This document shows, in pieces, positions 12,508 to 24,294 of a stretch of DNA of 64,000 bases. Source of the DNA: Eledone cirrhosa (taxonomy: Eukaryota); NCBI GenBank assembly GCA_964016885.1, contig OZ024754.1, forward strand, positions 12,214,001 through 12,278,000, written 5' to 3'. Every line of letters begins with the position of its first letter. Positions within the stretch are counted from its first letter, which is position 1. The position numbers were made by a program, and so were the translations under genes. The notes under the pieces are model-generated. The model had not been told where the DNA came from, did no database searches, and worked only from the letters and a program-made list of their open reading frames with translations.

Positions 12508-13161
12508 ATATGAAAAAGTTTGTCCTTCATCAGTGGCCTTCCAACCGTCGTAGGCATTTCATCGCTTTAAAGGCCATATACCTCAGGTTGGTGCGAGCAA
12601 CGGCTAAAAAAGTCGTTGGGACACGTAAATAAAGGGGACGCTAGGGTAAACAAACAAAATGGTTTAAGCAACAGAAAGTGATGAAGAAGAAAGAAACAAG
12701 TCCCAGATTTCTATGAATATAAATTCGGTGGAATCGTGAACGAGAGAATAAAGACCATCAAACCTGGTTGAAATGTGAGCAAGGAAGGAATTTCGCACAG
12801 GTCTAACGGGAGGAAGAAGGGGTGGCTACCGTCTATTTTTATTGCCCTGCACTTTTTTATACAGCTGTCGTCTTACATGCGCATTATGTGACCGTACCAA
12901 CGTAGCCTTCTCTCGAGTAAACAACATCTGATCCCTCTTATTCCTAATTTCTCCCTTAGTTCGTTTATGCTTTGCTGTTCACGTATATTACTATCACACA
13001 TCCAACCATTTTGTTTGTTTACCCTAGCGTCCCCTTTATTTACGTGTCCCAACGACTTTTTTTAGCCGTTGCTCGCACCAACCTGAGGTATATGGCCTTT
13101 AAAGCGATGAAATGCCTACGACGGTTGGAAGGCCACTGATGAAGGACAAACTTTTTCATAT
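12508..13161. repeat. Long inverted repeat (about 157-bp near-identical arms, about 340-bp spacer) of a Penelope-related non-coding element, with (TA)n nearby on both sides
   Basis: 12508-12664 is the reverse complement of 13004-13161; arms contain a truncated CTGATGAAGGACA hammerhead-like start. Confidence 0.85.
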
Positions 13162-13218
13162 ATATATATATATATACAATATATTAATAAATGGAAACTA
13201 TATTTATAAAACCATATT

Positions 13219-13284
13219 TATTTTATTATATATATTTCAAGGGCAACCAAGGTAAATTATGGTGCGCTTTCATCAGATAAAATA
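13219..13284 (-). ncRNA. Type I hammerhead ribozyme (minimal, palindromic stem III)
   Basis: Minus strand TATTTTAT-CTGATGA-AAGCGCACC..GGTTGCCCTT-GAAA-TATATA-TA-ATAAAATA; 8-bp stem I, intact core, AUA site. Confidence 0.7.
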
Positions 13285-13552
13285 CAGATTGGTTTCATAA
13301 ATAAATATTGACATACCCGGAAAAAGACAACCTTAACGGTTGGAGCTTCCTTGGTTGCCCTTGAAATATATATAATAAAATAAATATGGTTTTATAAATA
13401 TCGTTTCCATTTATTAATATATTGTGTATTTACTCCACTAACTTGTTGAGTGCTTTATATCAGTTATAAACATTTTTAAGCTTGTTGAATCCCAACAAAT
13501 TAAATATAACCGCTGGTGTTTTTATTGAATGTCATTCAATAAAAACACCAGG

Positions 13553-13620
13553 ATTTTTTCATTCTGACGACTGAAAGCAGATTTGTTTGCTTTCAAGAAA
13601 CCACTGGTAAATGAAATAAT
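13553..13620 (+). ncRNA. Type I hammerhead ribozyme
   Basis: ATTTTTTCATT-CTGACGA-cTGAAAGCAGA..TTTGCTTTCAa-GAAA-CCACTGG-TA-AATGAAATAAT; stems I, II and III pair; GUA site at 13607-13609. Confidence 0.78.
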
Positions 13621-14893
13621 TATCTTATGTTGTTTATTACACAACTAATAAGCTCTGTAACCTACATAGAGCACTCTTTTTTCCTGGACCTTTCCGATGG
13701 AATTACTTCATTTACACATATAATCATCATCATCATCATCATCATCGTTTAACGTCTATCTTCCACGCTACCATTGTCCCACTTGAGTTGTCCCACTTGA
13801 GGCAAGATTGGTCAGGTGACTGTGTCTCGCTTGTATAGGACTATCTGGCAGATCTTCTATGGCTGGATGCCCTTCCTAACACCAACCACATTGACAGTGT
13901 ACTCTGGGGGGTGAGGCATACTGTACATATGCTTCAGCTTGTGCTCGTGGGAAGTCGGGTCTTCTGTATTACTGCATATCGCCAGAGATCCCGGCCATGT
14001 GTCACCTCCTCTGAGAGGTGCGATTGAACAAGGTCGGCTTTTATCACCTCAAAGACAATGACACACGACCGTGACTTCTGGCGTCACGCAGTAATACAGA
14101 GTACCCGACCTCCCATGGGTACATACTGAAGCATATAGACAATATGCCCCCACACCCCCCACCGCAAGGTGGTCGTGGAGGTGCCACGGCAAAAAAGCAC
14201 CCAGCCCACACTGTAAAGTGGACGTGTAGGCGCCATGAAAAAGCACCCAGCACTCACTGTAAATGAGGTTGGTGTTAGGAAGGGCATCCAACTGTAGAAA
14301 TCAAGCCAAATCAGTTCCTGTATGAGCAAGTCATGGTCAGCCGACCAGACGCTGCCCACAACAGGACAACCCGTCTAACCCATGCTAGCGTGGAAGAACG
14401 GACGTAAAACGGTGATGATGATGATGATGATGATCCCAAATCTTCCTGGGTCTCCCCACTTCAAGGCTTCCAGTGACTTTGAACGCTCTGCACTTTTTTA
14501 TCCAGCTGTCATCCTTCATACGCAGCACATGTCCATACCAACGCTATGTATATATATAAAATTATATTTTGGAAAAGTAAACAAGGCAAAGAAAAATTTA
14601 CCAATTTACTTCCATGTCCTGACTGCAGTTTTGTTGAGTAATCACAGTTTTGAACATTCCAATAAGTTAGGATACTCTCCAATGTGAGAAATATCAGCTT
14701 ATCAGGGAACTTCTCAATCAAGAAAACAATCTCCCTAGTTATCTGCTACCATAGTATATCTATACTTGTTAATTAAACTTTATATACACAACCTAGTGTC
14801 TTGTTATATTCATACACACCAGTATTTTGTTATATATATATATATATATACCATAGTATATCTATACTTGTATATATATGTATATATATATAT

Positions 14894-15430
14894 AAAAAGC
14901 GGAGTTAAAAACTTACATTAATCCCCTATAATTTAATGAGCTCAAGGAATAGATTCCGGGCTCTTTATAAATCAACATATAGAGAGAATTACGCATAGAG
15001 ATATGTGTTTAATCATAGGGGACCAAAAACCACCAGAGTGACAAACATACCTACGGAAGGAATGGGGAATATAAATCAATAAAACGGATATATTAAAGTG
15101 TACTAACCATCTGAATATAACAATAACAGCCGGACATGCTCAAATAAGAGTATGTTTCGCTATAAACAGTGAAGAATCCATATTGTAGATGTAGCTTATT
15201 GGCGGTGCCTAGCAATATGATCAACACTTCTAAATAAGTATATCAGATAACTAAAAAACGCGCATGGTATAGAGGAAAGACGTGTGTGTTTTACAGCTCA
15301 TGGTTGTGAATAGACCAAAAGACCACTAAAAATACCAGCTTAGGACCATTCAACTTTAGAAACTCTACTTACAAAAATGAATCAGAAGCCAAAATATCAA
15401 ATTAAAAAACGGAGTTAAAAACTCACATTA
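14894..15430 (-). mobile_element. (TA)n-flanked element with about 29-bp terminal direct repeats 510 bp apart and a decayed hammerhead (15127-15207)
   Basis: GGAGTTAAAAACT(T/C)ACATTA at 14901 and 15411; minus strand CCG-CCAATAA-GCTA..TAGC-GAAA-CAT..ATG-TC-CGG. Confidence 0.6.
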
Positions 15431-15445
15431 TATATATATATATAT

Positions 15446-15665
15446 CTGATAGGGTGTGGTAATAAAACCAGGTGGACCATAATCCACCAGAGTACTAAGT
15501 ACTTGGGGTAGTAGAGTGGGTAATAGGAAACAATTCAGGACCCCCGATGGCTGAGCTCTGGCCATTTCGACAGCTAGATCCAAACTAAAGCCGAACTAGG
15601 CATTAGTACGGGTCTTGCTGTTGAAACGGCCGGAGCTCAGCTGTCGGGGTCCTGAATATTTTCAT
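15446..15665. mobile_element. Fold-back element family P1 (unique tail plus inverted repeat carrying hammerhead 3' half GAAA-CGGC..GCCG-TC-GGGGTC)
   Basis: Related copies at 16462-16647, 26670-26863, 27889-28079, all flanked by (TA)n. Confidence 0.75.
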
Positions 15666-16285
15666 ATATATATATAGGGTACAGAGTGCTCAAAGTTGAT
15701 GGTAGCCATGGAGCGGACATGTCTAGGAAGACTTTGGATGAGGTAATAAAAGCTTACCTTGCACATTTACACCTCTCCAAGGCAATGACATAGGAACACG
15801 ACTTCTGGTGCTATGCAATATTATGGAAGACCCACCCTCTATTATTCTCAGGCTGAGGCTTATACCTAGTAGGCAACACATTCCTCAACCTTCTCCCCTC
15901 CCATACACCTCACCTCCCTTTGTGGCAACCATCCCTCTCCTATTACCTACATCTGCAATTTCCCCAAGCTTCCTCCCCTTCCCTAGAACCAAAACAAAAA
16001 TGCCCAGTCCCCCTGTAAAGTGATCGTGTCGGCAACATGAAAAAAAGTGCCCAGTCCCAATGTAATGTGGTCATGTAGGTGACTCGATAAAAAGCACACA
16101 GCACACACTGTTAATGTAGTTGCCTTTAGGAAGGATATCCAGCTGTAGAAACCAAGCCAAAATCTAACCCGGGTGAGCTAAACACGGTCCTCTGACCTGA
16201 TTTTCTCCCTAAGGGTTAACCCGGCCTACCCATGTTAGCGTGGAAGATGGACGTTAAATGATTGATTATGATGATGATGATGATG

Positions 16286-16335
<50 letters not shown>

Positions 16336-16413
16336 ACTATCATACTCTGCTATGTAAGAGCATAGAGTGCTCAACCGGCATACCGCCTATGGAAGCATCT
16401 TAGCTACCATTAG

Positions 16414-16461
<48 letters not shown>

Positions 16462-16462
<1 letters not shown>

Positions 16463-16647
16463 ACAAAGGAGGTGTGGTAAGGAACCAGATGGACCATAAT
16501 GCACCAGAGTACTCAATACTTAGGGTAGTAGAGTGGGAAATAGGAAAAAGTATGACCCTGACGGCAGAGCTCAAGCCGTTTCGACAGCTATTTCTGGACC
16601 CGTCGAAACGGCTTGAGCTCTGCCGTTGAGGTCATACTTTTTCCTAT
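16462..16647. mobile_element. Fold-back element family P1 copy
   Basis: Inverted repeat 16540-16647 plus tail homologous to the 15446 and 26670 copies. Confidence 0.75.
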
Positions 16648-16795
16648 ATATATATATATATATATAATATATATAATATACATAATTAGAAAGTAAACAA
16701 CACAATATATAACTACTCCATTACTAAAGATTTCAGGACCCTGACAATATTAACATGTCTAGTTTGCTCATCAGAAAGAGGGGTTATCATAACCC

Positions 16796-16863
16796 CTCTA
16801 TCTGATGAGCGAACTAGACGTATGTTAATATTGTCTAGGTTCCTGAAACCTTTGGTAATGGAG
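16796..16863 (+). ncRNA. Type I hammerhead ribozyme in the right arm of a 214-bp palindrome (mirror copy on minus strand in the left arm)
   Basis: CTCTAT-CTGATGA-GCGAACTAGAC..GTCTAGGTTCCT-GAAA-CCTTTGG-TA-ATGGAG; palindrome 16683-16896 centred on 16788. Confidence 0.75.
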
Positions 16864-18026
16864 TAGTTATATATTGTGTTATTCACTTTCTAATTAAATA
16901 GCTCTGTTTTATACATAGAGCACTCTTTTTTCCTTTGCTTTTTCTTCGGAAATACTTAACCTATATATATATATATATATATAATTGTTTCTACTTTTGG
17001 CACAAGGACAGCAATTATACCAGTGTATTACTGGTGCTTTATTTTATCGACCCCGTAAGGATGAAAGGCAAAGTTAACCTCGGCGGGATTTGAACTCAGT
17101 CTGTAAAGGGACGTAACTGAGCTGCAAAGCATGGCGTCCGACCCTCTACCAATACTGCCAATCCACCGCCATATATATATATATTGATGATTTCTAAAGA
17201 ATGAAACAGTTCTAGTCCTGTAGAATCTCATCTATATTAAAACTATATATATATATATATATATAGACCGGGTGATGTGTTGTTTCCTTGAGCAAGAGAC
17301 TTTATTTCCCATTGCTCCAGTTTACTCAGCTGTAGAAATGAGATGATAGGGACTGGGGTCTCTATCATTCCACTGCAAAGTGGTCGTGGAGGTGCCACGG
17401 CAAAAAAGCACCCAGCACTCACTGTAAATGAGGTTGGTGTTAGGAAGGGCATCCAGCTGTAGAAATCATGCCAGAATCAATTCCCGTCCCACCCTTGCAA
17501 GCAAGGAAAAGCGGACGTAAAATGAAATGATGATGATGATGATGATATATATATATAATGTTTGATGATTTAGTTTTTAAAAAATAACAAGTAGGTCCAT
17601 GATATTAACTACATACAAAGCATCAATCCATACCCCACTCCCCCAAAATTTGGCCATTGTAGAAATAAGTGACACCCACCTTGAGTATTGATCAAATAAA
17701 AAGTTGAAAATATTTCTCAAACATAAGTTGTCCAAAACTCTTTACTTCAGTTTATCCTGCTCTGCATCAAGAACTGATAAACCCACCTCCTTCATCTATA
17801 GTAGGGCCTCATATACCTTCCTGTTGGAGCTAGTCTATGTATTCAACTATGTCTCTACCCTATTTTGTTTCTTCCATTAATGCTTGCTCTCCTTTGGTCA
17901 GTAACACTTTTGTTTGGGCAATACAACTAGGCCATATGTCTCTGAAGTAAGTCTGATGTTCTTCTGCTTATATGACATCTCGGCTCTTGTTAATTCCAGC
18001 ATCTGATTCATAACCTGACATCTTAA

Positions 18027-18246
18027 CCCTTCAGCATTTAAACCGGCTGTATCCGGCCAGAATTCTCTCACCTCTTTCTGTTCAACCGGCCGTAACTGGC
18101 CACTCATACTGATGTTAAGGTATTGTTGTCAAAACAAATAATATCAAAATCTCATAGATTCAATATTATGTGCGATAATTATGTGAGGTAAAGTCTTTAC
18201 TGTGAAAATATAATACTAAATATAGAGTAATGTAAATGGTAAAGGG
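18027..18246. mobile_element. piggyBac-like MITE
   Basis: TTAA on both sides, CCCTT../..AAAGGG termini. Confidence 0.75.
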
Positions 18247-18359
18247 TTAACAGAATGTAGCAAGCTCCTACAGCAGATCAGCACTAACAAAACTTCTAGA
18301 AATATAAAAAAGGTCAAAGACAGATGATATCTGCTTAGAAGTCTTTAGGCAAGTAAAAT

Positions 18360-19060
18360 CTTGACCTTGGTCGAGTGGGATTGAAGTCTAGTTGAGTGTG
18401 GTTGAAGATTTTGGCTGATTGGAGTTTAAAACTTTGGCTGAGTGGGGTTGAAGACTAATTGAGTAGGGTTGAAGACTTTGGTTGAGTGGATTTGAAGACT
18501 AATTGAGTAGGGTTGAAGACTTTGGTTGAGTGGAGTTGAAGACTTTGGTTGAGTGAGGTTGAAGACTTTAGTTGAGTGGGGTTGAAAACTTTGGTTGAGT
18601 GGATTTGAAGACTAATTGAGTAGGGTTGAAGACTTTGGTTGAGTGGATTTGAAGACTGATTGAGTGAGGTTGAAGACTTTGGTTGAGTGGAGTTGAAGAC
18701 TGGTTGAGTGGAGTTGAAGACTTTGGATGAATGGAGTCAAAATCGTTGACTGAGTGGGACCAAAGATTTTGTTTGACTGGAGTTGAAAACTTTGGTAGAG
18801 TGGAGTTGATGAGTTTAGTTGAGTGCGGTCAAAGACTTTGGTTGAGTGAGGTCGAAGAGTTTAGTTAAGTGGGTTCAAAGACTTTGGTTGATTGGAGTCG
18901 AAAACTTTGGTTGAGTGGATTTGAAGACTGGCTGAGTGAGGTCAAAGACTGGCTGAGTGAGGTCAAAGACTTTGGCTGAGTGAGGTCAAAGACTTTAGCT
19001 GAGTGAGGTCAAAGACTTTGGCTGAGTGTGGTCAAAGACTTTAGCTGAGTGGGGTTGACT
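18360..19060. repeat. Degenerate minisatellite, about 20-23-bp unit (GACTTTGGTTGAGTGGAGTTGAA)
   Basis: Directly visible tandem units. Confidence 0.85.
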
Positions 19061-19769
19061 TGCTACCTGCCAGTGAGTGATTTCCAGCAAACTCACCAAA
19101 AAAGCCACATGCATGAATGTAGGTGACCCCCTAACATGCATGAATGGTGACCCCCTAACATGTATGAATCGTGACCCCCTAACATGCATGAATGGTGACC
19201 CCCTAACACCATTACTTCCCACCCATGAGAAAAAAAAAAAAAATTCATATACAATGAGATGCATTGTATGTAAATGCAATGGACATTGTATGTAAATGCA
19301 AAACAACGTCAATACTGTTGACAACTTTTATTTATTACATATCTTTCATGACATAAAGATTTTATTACATAGAGAATATTTATGACATAGAGAATATCCT
19401 TACACAAAGACCAGTTACGTAGTCCTCCGTTACATATTACATAAATATTTTATTACATAGGGTCTTTATTACAAAGTCTTTTATTACACTAAAACTTCTA
19501 GTACATGGAATCATTCATTACACATATTCTTTATTACATAGAGTCTTTCAGGACAAATTCAAGAAAATAAACATTATTAAATGGAAAGTAAAAAGAAAAA
19601 ACATGGAAATCTAAACAAAATTGAATAAGAATTACCACACACATGTTTGTGTACAGGTGTGTGGTTGTGTGTATGTGTATGTACACATGTGTGGTAGTGT
19701 GTATGTGTATGCACATAGGATTCTGTTTGTAGGGATAGCAATGTGTTTGTATGTCCACACAATAATAAA

Positions 19770-19985
19770 CATGTATGTATATATATATATATATATGTGT
19801 GTGTATATATATATATATATGTGTATATATACATATATATATGTATATGTATATATACACATATATGTGTATATATACATATATATATGTATATGTATAT
19901 ATATACACACACATATATATATACACATATATATGTATATATATATACATATATATATATGTATGTATATATATATATATGTATG

Positions 19986-20029
<44 letters not shown>

Positions 20030-20327
20030 CACATATATATATATATATACTATATATACATATATATATAGGTATGTATATGACTTGTGAAAAAATACAT
20101 GTATATAAGAAGCCATATATGCACTTTGTGTGTGTGTATATGTATATGTGTGGGTGTGAGTGTATGTAGCGCACAAAAATAAATATGTATGTATATATGA
20201 AGGCATATATGTACATTTGTGTCTGTTCATACATACATATACACATATGTATGTAATGTATGTATATATATATATATATAATCATATATATATATATATA
20301 TAATCATATATATACATATATATAATC

Positions 20328-20391
<64 letters not shown>

Positions 20392-20570
20392 GTATATATA
20401 TATGTGTATATATATATATGTATAAATATATATATGTATATATATGTGTATATATATATATATGTACATATGTATATGTATATATATATATGTATATGTA
20501 TATATATATACATATATATAAGTATATATACATGTATATATATATATATATACATATATATAAGTATATA

Positions 20571-20622
<52 letters not shown>

Positions 20623-20658
20623 TATAAGTATATATATATGTATATATATACATATATA

Positions 20659-20691
<33 letters not shown>

Positions 20692-20703
20692 CATATATAT
20701 AAG

Positions 20704-20774
<71 letters not shown>

Positions 20775-20780
20775 TACACA
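19770..20780. repeat. Long (TA)n/(TATG)n microsatellite tracts
   Basis: Directly visible. Confidence 0.95.
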
Positions 20781-21794
20781 TACAAGACCTATAAACAAGC
20801 AGACACATATACAGGAGCAGACACAAACTGAATTTTAGAAACCAGCTTACAATACAAAGAAATTTAACCAATAATATATTGTGTTTATATATTCTATATA
20901 ATTTTATTGAGAGAATGTATTTGATTCATCTTAGCACAGCATCTCAATTCTTTTGGTGCCATCAGACTTCTAATTCTGGTGAAACAGAATATTATATATA
21001 GTGATGTACAGCTCTATTTGTTTGGCAAGTGATATCATTTGAGACTATAAAGCATGTTACTTTCTGGAAGTGTTATTTTAGCTATTGAAAAACACAAACA
21101 CGCACACACACAAAAAAAAAAACATTAACTTCACTTTACATTTATCATTAATATAACATCTAGGATGAGTATATGTGTATATGTGTGTGATGTCCGAATA
21201 GATATTCTCAACCTCCAACTAACTTATCCTCTATCTCTTTGTCCTGGTCAATAAGATGGAGAATATATTGCTCCAGATTATGGCAAGGGACACGTGCTGG
21301 AACAGCTACTCCACCTCTCAGGGCTTGCACCTGCAGACAGCCAACTCCGCTTCGATAGCAATTTTCAGGGATGTGGTCCAGGGGCCAAGAACGCTGGAAG
21401 TATCCACTACTGCAGGATCAACCACAAACCTATCAGAGAGCGGTCAATACTTCGACAATCCTCTTCGGCCTGGGCTGATCGCACCAGGTGGTCACTATCT
21501 ATTTCTTGAGGACACAATTTTCGTCACACTGTTTGCAACCTGGTCACTGACATAGTTGCAGTAATACTGTATGAGTGAGCATGTCACAAACAGTGTGACA
21601 AAAATTGTGACATCAAAGAATATATGTTTAAAGTGGAATGAAGTTAACAGTTTTTGTGTGTTTTCGGATGGCTAAAATGACTCTTCCTACTTGCAAGCAT
21701 GCGTGTGTGTAGGAGTGTGTATATGAGGGAATGTATTGATGTGTGCATATGTATGAGTATGTGTGTATGTAAATATCTCTCATATATATATATA

Positions 21795-21843
<49 letters not shown>

Positions 21844-21871
21844 GTATATATATATATGTGTGTTGTTAACC

Positions 21872-22380
21872 ATCTAGCCTAAACACCCACAAAATTGTTA
21901 ACCATCTTGCCAACAACAACCCTGAGTACCTTTTTGATTTCCATGTGTCTAACACACGTGGACATGACATGCCCACAAAGTCAGGAAACAGCACAGTTCC
22001 CATGACTTTCGGAAACATTTTTTCACGCTCAGAGTTGCTGAAGCATAGAACAAACTACCTGCATCAGTTAGCTGTCGAGACACAGCACCCTTTAAAACCT
22101 CCATGGAACAAACTACCTGCATCAGTTGTTAGGTGTCGAGACACTGCACCCTTTAAAACCTCCATGGAACAAACTACCTGCATTAGTTGTTAGCAGCCGA
22201 GACACTGCACCCTTTAAAACCTCCATGCTTCCCCCTCCATACACATACATATATGTATATCATGACTCATACACTATTCATTTCCCTGACATTTGTTTAT
22301 TATTCTATGTACTATACATGCACCTTTGACGAGTTGTAGTGCACCTGAGCACTTTACACAATAATTTCATTATTATTATT
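21872..22380 (+). mobile_element. CR1/Jockey-group LINE 3' end fragment with an internal about 60-bp triplication
   Basis: SNTRGH..WNKLPASVV.RDT..FK motif; homologous to 42830-43213; ends in (ATT)n. Confidence 0.75.
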
Positions 22381-22777
22381 ATATATATGTGTGTGTGTAT
22401 ATATATATGTTTGTGTGTATATATATTTATTCATTCAATTAGAGAAAGCTGGTTGATTGAAAATCTACCGACTTTTACATAACAGATGTCAAGTAGCCTA
22501 TGGTTTATATTTATCTGGAGTTTAATTATAATAATTAACAAATAAGATGGTTCCATTAGGATGGACTAATGGAACAGTCTCACTTGTTTATTACTATATA
22601 TATATATATATATATGTGCGTGTGTGTGTGTGAGTGTGTGTGTATCCATATAGGATTTTTCTTGTTTCTTTTGACAATGAGTCAGATAATAAATTCATTT
22701 GGTTTACTCCTTAACAAATAAGACTTGCATGAGAAAAAACAAAAAACTTTGAACTTTTCCATTAACATGAAACCTCC

Positions 22778-22826
<49 letters not shown>

Positions 22827-22973
22827 TATTAGATATCTCTGTGTGTATCAAATGTTGGATAACAGATAATAAACAAAAGTTTAGAAAGATAAAGCCAAAT
22901 ACTTGAATACACAACCAAAGGTAAAACACAAAAATTGTCCTGTCAATAAATATGAGTTGATAAGGTAGTTTTT

Positions 22974-23640
22974 GGTGGTGGTGGTGGTGTTTGTGGTGGT
23001 GGTGTTGTTTGTGGTGGTGGTGGTGGTGTTGTTTGTAGTGGTGGTGGTGTTGTTGTTGTTGTTGTTGGTGGTGGTATTAGTGGTGGTGGTGGTGTTGTTC
23101 GTGGTGGTGGTGGTGGTAGTAGTAGTAGTAGTGGTGGTGGTGGTAGTAGTAGTAGTAGTGGTGGTGGTGGTAGTAGTGTTGGTGTTGTTTGTGGTGGTGC
23201 TGGTAGTAGTATTTGTGGTGGTGGTGGTGGTGGTGGTGTTCGTGGTGGTGGTGGTGAGGGTGTTGTTTGTGTTGGTGGTGATGTTAGTGGTGGTTGTGGT
23301 GGTGTTGTTTGTGGTAGTGTTGGTGTTAGTGATGTTGTTGGTGGTGGTACTGTTGTTGTTGCTGTAGTTGGTGGTGGTGGTGTTGTTGTTAATGGGAGGT
23401 GGTGGTCGTGTTGGTGGTGTTGGTGGTGGTAGCATTGGTTTGTTATGGTGATGGTGGCGTTTGTGGTGGTGGTGGTGTTAGTTGTTGTGGTGGTGGAGTT
23501 AGTGGTGGTGGTGGTGTTTATGGTGATGGTGGTGGTGTTTGTGGTGGTATTAGTGGCGTTTGTGGTGGTGGTGGTGTTAGTGGTGGTGACGGTGTTAGTG
23601 GTGGTGTTAGTGGTGGTGGTGGTGTTAGTGGTGGTGGATT
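22974..23640. repeat. (GGT/TGT)n simple repeat
   Basis: Directly visible. Confidence 0.95.
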
Positions 23641-23758
23641 AATTTACTTTGAATATTTAATCATTTTTTTTGTTTCGTTCTCATTCTAATCTGAGTCGTT
23701 CACCCCACCTGTCATATTTCCAATACAACATGTGTATGTGTGTGTGTGTGTGCGTATG

Positions 23759-23789
<31 letters not shown>

Positions 23790-23876
23790 CAGTATATATT
23801 TACATATATATATACATATGTGTATGTGTATATCTGTCTGCATATATTTATATATATATATATGTGTGTGTGTGTG

Positions 23877-23958
<82 letters not shown>

Positions 23959-24294
23959 CTGTATATATATATATATATATACATATATATATGTGTGTGT
24001 GTGTATAACTAAAATAAAATATCTATATGCTTTATCACTCTTAATTTACAACTGTTTTTTTTTTGCTATCTTCCACACACAAACATATACACATAAATTA
24101 CCTACACATACATATACACACACACATGCATACATACACACATGCATATGTACACATATAGATACATACATACATATTCATACACACACACATACAAAGA
24201 CATATACACAGACACAGACATACAAACACATACACATATAATCCCTACCCATGCATACATACATACTTACATATATACACAAATATACATCCAT

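Noticed and set aside
17185-17240. Active hammerhead
   Set aside because: Truncated family-P2 copy lacking C3 and the 5' strand of stem I; counted only as family evidence
21240-21490. GC-richer stretch with plus-strand ORFs
   Set aside because: No recognisable protein; only weak minus-strand GGVAV/GAIYSP hints of a decayed LINE endonuclease, too weak to call
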